From assembly GCA_003598015.1 (NCBI GenBank), contig QZKE01000033.1:124616-188615 (forward strand): a stretch of 64,000 bases of DNA. Direction: 5' to 3'. Positions 56,891 to 64,000 of this stretch are shown piece by piece. This stretch comes from Actinomycetota bacterium (GTDB lineage Bacteria; Actinomycetota; Geothermincolia; Geothermincolales; RBG-13-55-18). Position 1 is the first letter of the stretch. Each line of letters opens with the position of its first letter. The notes beneath the pieces are model-generated. The model saw nothing but the letters and a program-made list of their open reading frames with translations, searched no databases and had not been told where the DNA came from. The translations under genes and the position numbers were made by a program.

Positions 56891-56982
56891 GTCCCGGGGA
56901 TAGAAGGGACCTCTCTAGTGATCGTAATGCCAGCCGGAGGTCCCTACGTGGATTCTCTCACCCTTGTTCATCGCCCTCGCAG

Positions 56983-58239
56983 TCAGGCGCCTTGCAGCGC
57001 GTCTCCCACCTCGCCCAGCATGGCGTCCAGGGATTCCAGCACCTGCCGCGCCTGTTCCTCCTCGATGATGAGCGGGGGGAGAATCTGGCTCACCGAGGCG
57101 TCGTTGTTGGCGTAGATGGTGAGGATGCCGTGGCGGAATCCGGCCAGGGTCATGAGCGGGCCGCAGAATTCCCCCGCCATCTTGAGGCCCATCATCAGGC
57201 CCCTCTGGCGCGCCTCCACCAGGACGTCGGGGTGCCTGTCCCGCAGCTCCCCGAATCCCTCCTCGAATACCGCGGTCATCTCCCGCACATGCGCGAGGAA
57301 ACCCTCCTCCTCCAGGATGTCCAACACCTCCATGGCCGCGTAGCACCCCACCTCCGATCCCCCGAAGGTGGAGACGTGGATGAAGGGGTTCTCGTCGAAG
57401 AAGGAATTGAGGCTGTCGTCGTAGATGGTGGCGGTTATGGGGTAGATGCCTCCCGAGAGCCCCTTGGCGGTGACCAGGATGTCGGGGACCACCCCGTAGG
57501 TGTCGATGCCCCAAACCTCACCGCACCTCCCCAGGCCGGTCTGGACCTCGTCGATGATCATCAGCGCCCCGTGGCGGTCGCACAGTTCGCGCACCCCGGT
57601 GAAGTAGTCCTCGGGCGGAACGGCGATGCCCAGGGTGGCGGGGATGGTCTCGAAGATGACCGCGGCGGTGCCCTCGCCCATGGCTTCCTCCAGGGCCTCG
57701 ATATCGCCGAAGGTCACCTGGGTGAATCCCGGCGGCAGGGGCTCGAAGGGGGCGCTGTACTTGGCATCCCCGGTGGCCAGGGCGAAGCCGGTATGCCCGT
57801 GATATCCCCCTATGCCGGAGATTATCCCCGCCTTACCCGTGTACCCCCGGGCGAGCTTGATGGCGGTTTCTATGGCCTCGCCGCCGCCCACCCCGAAGAC
57901 GACGCGGTTGAGGTCTCCCGGGGACAGCACCGCCAGCCTCTCGGCCAGCCGCGCGCGGTGTTCGCTGACGAGGTGATGGTTGCCGATGTCCAGTTCATCC
58001 AGGGCCCGCTTCAGAGCGGCGACAACGCGCGGGTTTCGGTGCCCGAGGTTGAAAACCCCGCCGTTGCAGTGGCAGTTGATGAGGCGGGTGCCGTCCAAGT
58101 CCCACACGTAAACGCCCTCGCGGCGCGCGAAGACGAAGTCGATGCCCACCTGCGCGAAGAACTTCGCCTTGCCGCTGGAGACGTGCCGGGCGAAACGTTC
58201 GACGATCTCCTCCTTGGGGTCCTGTCCGATCAACGACAT
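56983..58239 (-). CDS. Class III (acetylornithine/GABA-type) PLP-dependent aminotransferase
   Basis: PLP lysine motif (TAKGLSGGIYPI), DEVQTGLGRCGE. Confidence 0.85.
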   Translation of the reverse strand: MSLIGQDPKEEIVERFARHVSSGKAKFFAQVGIDFVFARREGVYVWDLDGTRLINCHCNGGVFNLGHRNPRVVAALKRALDELDIGNHHLVSEHRARLAERLAVLSPGDLNRVVFGVGGGEAIETAIKLARGYTGKAGIISGIGGYHGHTGFALATGDAKYSAPFEPLPPGFTQVTFGDIEALEEAMGEGTAAVIFETIPATLGIAVPPEDYFTGVRELCDRHGALMIIDEVQTGLGRCGEVWGIDTYGVVPDILVTAKGLSGGIYPITATIYDDSLNSFFDENPFIHVSTFGGSEVGCYAAMEVLDILEEEGFLAHVREMTAVFEEGFGELRDRHPDVLVEARQRGLMMGLKMAGEFCGPLMTLAGFRHGILTIYANNDASVSQILPPLIIEEEQARQVLESLDAMLGEVGDALQGA

Positions 58240-58349
58240 TACCTCGACCTCCTGTTAATAAGACCGGGCCGGCCCCGGCTTTCGTATCCAGATCGGCAGA
58301 CCGAGCGGCTTCAGCGGGAATACCGCCTTTTCGCACCCACCGGGCCTGG

Positions 58350-59327
58350 CTACTTCCTCTTTATCTTTCCAGGCAGGATATAAGGATACTCCCTGCGCAT
58401 GAGGCGCGCATGAAGGAAGCGGTCCAGCTTGCGCAGGGCGAGGTACAGTGCCCATATAATACGGTCCTCGCGGTAATACGAAGCTATGTCTTTTTCACTG
58501 ATGGGCTCGATATCCAGGTGCGACGCCTCTTGCGAGAAGAAATCGTTGGCCGTCTCCACCAGGCGGGGGATGAGCTCCGCCCTCTGTTCCTTGTAGAAGT
58601 TGGCGATGAGGTCGATGGCCACCAGGCGAAAGTCGTAGTAGCGGGTCATCACATCCTCCAGGAAGAAAAGGCGTATCAACCATACCAGGAAGGACGGGGC
58701 GCTGCGCAGGAAGAGCTCCGGATCGAGCTGTTCCTCTCCCTCTATGCGGAAGAGCGGGGTGCTGGTGTCCATGTAAAGAAAGCGCGTGGCCTCGTCCACG
58801 TGGGGGGAGACCGCGTCGAAGGAGACGATGGACCAGTTGGATATCTGCCCGTCGATGGCCACCTCTAGGCTCTCGCTCCCGTGGTTGAAGTCCCATACCT
58901 TCGCAAGCTCGCGCAGGATCATCCTCACCAGGATGGGGATCTCTTCATCCGGGAGGATATGGATGGCCTGGTTGCCTATGGAGTTCGCCGGGAGCTGTTC
59001 CTGGACTATGAAGAAGACGGGCCGTCCGCTTGAGGACACGAAATCCGCATGCCCGTACGCCGGCAGGGAGATGCCAACCTCTTCCCGCAGGACGCGGTTG
59101 TATTCCTCGTAGCTGGCCAGGTAGGGCTCGATCTCCTCGCGGTCCTTGAAGATGGGCAGCCGCTTGAAGGCGTAACCCTCCATCCCCTCCGCCTGTATCT
59201 CGAACACGGTGCTGATCTCGCCGTAACCCAGCACCCGGGCGGGTATGCGGCTGCGTTCGGGATATCTCGGATCCAGGCCCCGCTCGAACTCCTCGAGCAT
59301 GTACACGTCGACCTGAAGCTCTTCCAT
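58350..59327 (-). CDS. Hypothetical protein with protein-kinase-like/phosphotransferase-like features (Gly-rich loop LGYGEISTVFEI, AFKRL)
   Basis: 325-aa ORF immediately downstream of the aminotransferase; weak kinase-like motifs only. Confidence 0.4.
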   Translation of the reverse strand: MEELQVDVYMLEEFERGLDPRYPERSRIPARVLGYGEISTVFEIQAEGMEGYAFKRLPIFKDREEIEPYLASYEEYNRVLREEVGISLPAYGHADFVSSSGRPVFFIVQEQLPANSIGNQAIHILPDEEIPILVRMILRELAKVWDFNHGSESLEVAIDGQISNWSIVSFDAVSPHVDEATRFLYMDTSTPLFRIEGEEQLDPELFLRSAPSFLVWLIRLFFLEDVMTRYYDFRLVAIDLIANFYKEQRAELIPRLVETANDFFSQEASHLDIEPISEKDIASYYREDRIIWALYLALRKLDRFLHARLMRREYPYILPGKIKRK

Positions 59328-59568
59328 GGGTCGGACTCCCCTATGGTCGTATCGCCTGCGACTTCATGCGGGCCGAGATAAAGCGCCGTCAGCATGATTC
59401 TACTACAGGGAAGCCTCCCGGGCCCGTATATGAGCGGTGATGATTGTCCGGCCGAGATAGGGGAGGCGCCGAGCGCGTTATCGTATCCCGTGCGTCCTGT
59501 CACGAAGACAAGGCCGATCTCCAGGCTCGACGCCGGTCATCATCGATCAAGCCTCAGCCGCCCATGTC

Positions 59569-59850
59569 TCAGCCGCCGAGGTCTGTCTTGATCCTCTCGA
59601 ACTCCTCCGGAGTTATCTCGCCCGAGGCGTACCTGCGCTGAGCTATCTCCAAAGGCGTCTCTTCTTGCCGGGGGACTGCATATACTCCCTCAGTCCGGGA
59701 GGAAGACGCTCCCTTGAGCAGCAGGTATACAACAGCTGCTATGAGGATTAAACCCGCAAGCATCATCAAACCCATCCAGATCCAACCTCCTGTGCTCCAG
59801 TTAGAAAAACCGTGGCCGCAGTCTGATACAACGTCCGTAAAAAGCCCCAT
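59569..59850 (-). CDS. SHOCT domain-containing membrane protein
   Basis: One TM helix then C-terminal SHOCT-like LEIAQRRYASGEITPEEFERIKTDL. Confidence 0.6.
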   Translation of the reverse strand: MGLFTDVVSDCGHGFSNWSTGGWIWMGLMMLAGLILIAAVVYLLLKGASSSRTEGVYAVPRQEETPLEIAQRRYASGEITPEEFERIKTDLGG

Positions 59851-60011
59851 TATCTATCACTTCCCTTCTGATGAGCATCCATGTTTATATTATGGCCCCT
59901 CGATTCTTTAGATGCTTTGAGATGCGTCAATCTCGGGGCGAGGTACTATCGGCAGTAGTGACAGATATCAACAGGAGATGTCTTGATATTTGACTATATG
60001 TAAGTTACACT

Positions 60012-60031
60012 TATATGTATATAGACATATA
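60012..60031. promoter_or_regulatory. Putative PadR operator TATATGT-N6-ACATATA (ATGT...ACAT type) overlapping a TTGACT(59990)-N16/17-TATATG promoter
   Basis: 7-bp inverted repeat read from sequence 27 nt upstream of padR ATG. Confidence 0.4.
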
Positions 60032-60057
60032 GCTAGATAAGACAGGGAGCGTATGAA

Positions 60058-60465
60058 ATGAGCAGGCCGGCTTCGGAAGAGAAAAAAGCGCGAAAGCATG
60101 TACCCGGCGCCATCGACCACGAGAGGTTCGTGCGCGAGGGGCCCCAGAAGAGGTTCATCGAGCCGCGGCTGCTCTATCTCATCAAGAAAGCCCCGAGCTA
60201 CGGATACCAGCTCAGCGAGGACATGGGGGAACTGCCTTTCCCGGGACCCACCCCCGACTCCGCGGCGGTCTACCGCATGCTGCGCGAGCTGGAGAAGAAC
60301 GGCCTGGTACGATCGCAATGGCAACACGGGGAGACGGGTCCATCCAAGCGGGTCTATTCCCTCACGGCGGCAGGCGGGGAGCGCTTGGAGGCATGGATCG
60401 ACGCCTTCAGGGGGAGGGTTGAATTACTCAACGCATTCATCGCCCTGTGCGAGGAAGCGGGGTGA
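60058..60465 (+). CDS. PadR family transcriptional regulator
   Basis: wHTH with PadR signature (LLYLIKKAPSYGYQLSEDM...SAAVYRMLRELEKNGLVRS). Confidence 0.85.
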   Translation: MSRPASEEKKARKHVPGAIDHERFVREGPQKRFIEPRLLYLIKKAPSYGYQLSEDMGELPFPGPTPDSAAVYRMLRELEKNGLVRSQWQHGETGPSKRVYSLTAAGGERLEAWIDAFRGRVELLNAFIALCEEAG

Positions 60466-60956
60466 TGGGCATGTCCACGACTTCCATCGTCATCGATGCT
60501 TTCGTAGCTGTGTGCCTTATACTCTCCCTGGTGAAGAGCAGGGAGAAAACGAAGACGGCCCTACTTATCGCCTGGAATGGGATGAAGAGACTCGTCCCCA
60601 GCGTTCTGGCGGTTATCGCGGTGATCGGCCTCATCGTAGGGTTCATCCCTCCGAAGTGGATCGCATCGAGTATCGGTGGAGAGAGCGGCTTCGTGGGGGT
60701 GCTCGTCGCCGCACTGATCGGTTCCGTCCTCTTCATCCCCGCCATCATCGCCTTTCCGCTGGCGAGATCCCTGCTGGACATGGGAGCGGGAGTGATGGCT
60801 ATAGCCGCTTTCATCACTACCCTGACCATGATCGGTTTCGTATTCCTGCCCATAGAGATCAAGGAGCTCGGCAAGCGATTCGCCCTGCTGCGCAACGGGC
60901 TCAGCTTTGTAGCCGCCTTGATCATCGCCGTCATCATTGGCCTGGTGCTGGGCTGA
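60465..60956 (+). CDS. Integral membrane permease subunit (about 5 TM helices; COG0701/DUF318-like two-part permease)
   Basis: ATG overlapping padR stop; strongly hydrophobic. Confidence 0.5.
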   Translation: MGMSTTSIVIDAFVAVCLILSLVKSREKTKTALLIAWNGMKRLVPSVLAVIAVIGLIVGFIPPKWIASSIGGESGFVGVLVAALIGSVLFIPAIIAFPLARSLLDMGAGVMAIAAFITTLTMIGFVFLPIEIKELGKRFALLRNGLSFVAALIIAVIIGLVLG

Positions 60957-61632
60957 CAGGGGGGAGGTGGCAGACTTGGGAGAAAACATTGCGGCAGCGG
61001 GGGACAGCGTACCCGGACTCCCCCTGCGCAAGAGGATCAAGTGGGACCTGGTCGCACTCGTGGCTTCCGCCGCGGCTCTCTACGGCCTTTCCCTTGCCTT
61101 CCCGCAGAAAGGCGAGATGGCGCTCGAGGTGTCCTGGGAATTCTTCAAAGAGATGGTCTTCATCCTGCCCGCGGTATTGATCGTCATGGGCCTCTTCGGC
61201 GTGTGGGTGAAGAGGGAGGTCGTGGTCAGGTATCTGGGCAGAGATTCAGGTATCGGCGGACTGTTCCTCGCCATCCTGCTCGGAACCCTGCCCACCGGCC
61301 CCCTCTACGTGGCATTCCCGCTCGCGGCGATGCTTCTCAAGAAGGGCGCGAGGGTGGCCGGCGTCATGCTTTTTCTCTCCGCCTGGGCCTGCATAAAGCT
61401 TCCCCAGGAGATCATGGAGCTGCAGTTTCTCGGCTTGGAATTCACGCTGTTGAGGCTGGGGTTGACAGTAGCCGTCCTCATCCCCATGGTATTGTTGGCG
61501 GAGACCCTTTACCATCGCGGAGGCTCGCGAGAAATGCAGCCGGTCAACGAGGAAGGGGCAGGAGAAGTGGAAACGGAAACAGTAGCGGGGATGGAAAACC
61601 CCGGCACGAGCGAGGAGAATGTGCCGGCCTGA
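60937..61632 (+). CDS. Integral membrane permease subunit (second half of two-part permease)
   Basis: Hydrophobic 231-aa ORF overlapping upstream permease gene by 20 nt. Confidence 0.45.
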   Translation: MAWCWADRGEVADLGENIAAAGDSVPGLPLRKRIKWDLVALVASAAALYGLSLAFPQKGEMALEVSWEFFKEMVFILPAVLIVMGLFGVWVKREVVVRYLGRDSGIGGLFLAILLGTLPTGPLYVAFPLAAMLLKKGARVAGVMLFLSAWACIKLPQEIMELQFLGLEFTLLRLGLTVAVLIPMVLLAETLYHRGGSREMQPVNEEGAGEVETETVAGMENPGTSEENVPA

Positions 61633-61698
61633 CCGGCGGGAGGAGGCTGGGCGAAATGTCCCGGAAACGGCGTGGGATGCGGAGACAGGGGGGTTACG

Positions 61699-62451
61699 AT
61701 GAATGAAGGAGCCTCCGGCTACATGATCGAGGCGCACGGCCTGGTGAAGCGCTACGGCAAGTTCACCGCCGTCGACCACCTGGACCTGCAGGTGAACAAG
61801 GGCGAGATCTACGGCCTGCTCGGTCCCAACGGGGCGGGCAAAACCACCACCATCAAGGTGCTATGCGGTCTGCTCAAGTTGAGCGGGGGCGAGGCTTACG
61901 TGAACGGAAAGCCGATCCCCGACCGCCGCATCGCGGCGCAGATCGGGTACATGCCCCAGGAGACCGCCCTCTATCTCGGTCTGACCGTGCATCAGAACAT
62001 GGCCTTCTTCGGGGAGATATTCGGGCTCACCAAGCGCGAGATAGGGGAGAGGGAACGGGACCTGCTGGAGTTTATCAACCTCAGCGGATGGCGAGACGAG
62101 ATGGTGGGGAACCTGAGCGGCGGCATGAAACACCGCGTATCCCTGGCCTGTGCGCTGATACATATGCCGCCCCTCTTGCTTCTCGACGAACCCACCGTGG
62201 GGGTGGACCCGGAACTGCGCGTCTCTTTCTGGGACTATTTCAACGACATCAAGAGCCAGGGAAGGACCATCGTTATTACCACGCATTACATGGACGAAGC
62301 GGGCCACTGCGACCGCATCGGGTTCATGCATAACGGGCTCCTTATCGCTGAGGGAGAACCCGGGGAGCTGCTGGTGATGACGGGGACGGACAACCTCGAG
62401 GACGCGTTCATGAGCTTCTCCGCAAGCGACAGGAAGGGGGCCGAGCAATGA
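61699..62451 (+). CDS. ABC transporter ATP-binding protein
   Basis: Walker A GPNGAGKTT, signature LSGGMKHR, Walker B LLLLDEP. Confidence 0.85.
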   Translation: MNEGASGYMIEAHGLVKRYGKFTAVDHLDLQVNKGEIYGLLGPNGAGKTTTIKVLCGLLKLSGGEAYVNGKPIPDRRIAAQIGYMPQETALYLGLTVHQNMAFFGEIFGLTKREIGERERDLLEFINLSGWRDEMVGNLSGGMKHRVSLACALIHMPPLLLLDEPTVGVDPELRVSFWDYFNDIKSQGRTIVITTHYMDEAGHCDRIGFMHNGLLIAEGEPGELLVMTGTDNLEDAFMSFSASDRKGAEQ

Positions 62452-63587
62452 GGAGAGCCCGCTTCTTCACCGTCACCAAGAGGGTCTTCAAGGACCTCAA
62501 GAACGACAAGCGCTCCCTGGCGCTCATCGTCATCGCGCCCATATTCGTCATGTTCGTCTTCGGCCTGGCCTTCAGCGGCGAGGTGAAAAACGTCAAGGTG
62601 GTGGTGGTAAACCAGGACCAGGGGGCTGCAGTTGCCGGAGGAGGCACCATGTCCCTGTCGGAGAAGATCATCTCCAACCTGGATGCGGAAGTGCTCAAGC
62701 TGGAGTACGCGGACGACCGGGATGCGGCGCTGGCGCAGGTGGAGAACGGGGACGCCTACGCGGCCATAATCTTCCCTTCGGACTTCACCTCCAGCGCACT
62801 AGCGGTCATAGATGACCGTTCCTCGGGCTCGTCCACCGATATCGAGCTCCTGCTGGACAAGAGCAACATCAACGTGGCCAACGCCATCACCAAGGCGGTC
62901 AACGACGCCCTGCTGGCGACGATAGACCAGGCGGGCATGCAGACGCCGGTAAAGGTGGAAACCGAGGCGGTTTTCGGCCAGAACGCGAAGTTCATGGATT
63001 TCTTCGTCCCCGGCATCATGGCCTTCGCGGTGTACATGATCACCACCCTCCTCACCCTGGTTACCTTCGTGGGAGAGAGGACCTCCGGCACACTGCAGCG
63101 CATGCTCGCCACGACTCTGAACGAGCGGGACATCGTGATGGGTTACGCGGCGGCCTTCAGTATCATAGGGATCGGGCAGGCCATTCTGCTGCTCCTCGTC
63201 GGTATCCTGGTCTTCGACATCACCGTGGTCGGCAACGTGCTGCTGGCTTTCCTGGTCATCGCCCTGCTGGCTATCGTCTCCCAGGCACTGGGGATACTCC
63301 TCTCGAGTACGGCCAGGCGGGAGGCCCAGGCCATACAGGTGCTGCCCTTCGTGGTCCTGCCGGCTTTCCTCCTGGCGGGCATCTTCTGGCCCATCGAGGC
63401 CATCCCCACCTGGCTAAGGCCGCTCTCCTACCTGGTGCCTCCCACCTACGCGGTGGACGCATCGCGCGCGGTCATGCTCAAGGGATACGGCATCGGTAAG
63501 ATATGGATAGACATCGTGGCCCTCCTCGCCATGGCCGCTGTTTTTCTGACCCTGGCGGTGTGGTCGCTGCGGACGAGGAAAGATTGA
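62448..63587 (+). CDS. ABC-2 family transporter permease
   Basis: N-terminal TM, large extracytoplasmic loop, 5 C-terminal TMs; ATGA overlap with ATPase gene. Confidence 0.8.
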   Translation: MRRARFFTVTKRVFKDLKNDKRSLALIVIAPIFVMFVFGLAFSGEVKNVKVVVVNQDQGAAVAGGGTMSLSEKIISNLDAEVLKLEYADDRDAALAQVENGDAYAAIIFPSDFTSSALAVIDDRSSGSSTDIELLLDKSNINVANAITKAVNDALLATIDQAGMQTPVKVETEAVFGQNAKFMDFFVPGIMAFAVYMITTLLTLVTFVGERTSGTLQRMLATTLNERDIVMGYAAAFSIIGIGQAILLLLVGILVFDITVVGNVLLAFLVIALLAIVSQALGILLSSTARREAQAIQVLPFVVLPAFLLAGIFWPIEAIPTWLRPLSYLVPPTYAVDASRAVMLKGYGIGKIWIDIVALLAMAAVFLTLAVWSLRTRKD

Positions 63588-63852
63588 GTGAACCGGGACC
63601 TGGCGGCGCAGTAGGACACCATCATGGAACACTACGGCGAAAAGGGACCGCATACATAAGGAGAAGAACCTCTCCCTCGCCCTGGTCATCCGCATCGATA
63701 TCGACGAGATGACGTGCAAGGCCAACGGCTGTTGAGGCAGCCCGGCTTGCCCCGCCCATGGTCCTTCGGATGACATAAGTCCACATAGTGGTAATATGTA
63801 AACAGGGCTCGAAAACAATCTCTCAAGCACCTCGAGGGATATCCAGGCAGAG

Positions 63853-64000
63853 GGGCGAAGGATGGGGACAGATGGTCCGAATGTCTCCGACATGGACAAG
63901 CTCAAACCGGGCGACCATGTCTGTATCCTCTTCAAGGATGGAGACGAGCGGCGCAGTGCATTCACACGAGTCGTATTACCCGGGCTGAAGGGAAACGAGA
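63853..64000 (+). CDS. 5' part of a MEDS-domain-like protein (runs off window end)
   Basis: ATG 63853 with RBS AGGGGCGAAGG; N-terminus LKPGDHVCILFKDGDERRSAFTRVVLPGLKGNE resembles MEDS domain start. Confidence 0.3.

Noticed and set aside
47521-56907. Genetic-code reassignment of TAG (or TGA) to explain in-frame stops
   Set aside because: TAG and TGA clearly terminate many well-delimited genes in this window (e.g. 7521, 16644, 19570, 35597 TAG; many TGA), including tightly coupled gene pairs. Reassignment is therefore unlikely; lesions or sequencing errors fit better.
56915-57514. 199-aa minus-strand ORF overlapping the aminotransferase gene
   Set aside because: Alternative frame of 56983..58239 (Gly/Arg/Pro-rich nonsense). 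Its only meaningful part is the C-terminal MNKGERIHVGTSGWHYDH peptide, which is really the interrupted N-terminus of the DUF72 gene.

Overview
High-GC (roughly 65%) bacterial chromosomal segment densely packed with about 55 protein-coding genes on both strands. No rRNA, complete tRNA, CRISPR array, transposase or integrase was recognised. Most of the window is catabolic/redox operons, each next to a small regulator (TetR x4, GntR, ArsR, PadR). (1) SCP2 + acyl-CoA dehydrogenase + two paralogous acetoacetate-decarboxylase-like genes. (2) DHOD/DHPD-like flavoenzyme + poly-Cys 4Fe-4S protein + ATC-hydrolase-like protein. (3) GlcD/GlcF/GlcE-like FAD/FeS oxidase operon. (4) GntR-SDR-BKACE-(Gfo/Idh/MocA::M24 peptidase fusion). 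(5) FAD oxidoreductase + tungsten-type aldehyde:ferredoxin oxidoreductase. (6) FGGY sugar kinase::2-hydroxyacid dehydrogenase fusion. (7) ArsR-NifS-DsrE sulfur-trafficking genes. (8) GlpA-like/FAD-NAD oxidoreductase/DUF1667 trio. (9) NHEJ genes: separate ligase-domain gene, LigD phosphoesterase-polymerase gene, Ku. (10) MsrA/MsrB, MscS, class III aminotransferase, PadR-permease-ABC-2 exporter. Lower-GC accessory islets carry two different HEPN/MNT toxin-antitoxin pairs. They also carry a decayed TIR-cyclase-STAND ATPase-TPR defence-like gene that, together with HepT/MntA, is bracketed by short imperfect direct repeats. A Fic gene is flanked by paralogous small ORFs. A roughly 120-aa repeat domain (ERPMYFNY...GGH signature) is shared by a secreted beta-lactamase-like protein and a tandem-repeat protein. 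A roughly 35-bp palindromic element occurs three times. Several otherwise intact-looking genes carry in-frame stops or 1-nt frameshifts. The ORF track treats GTG/TTG as starts, so some start coordinates were re-chosen from RBS context.
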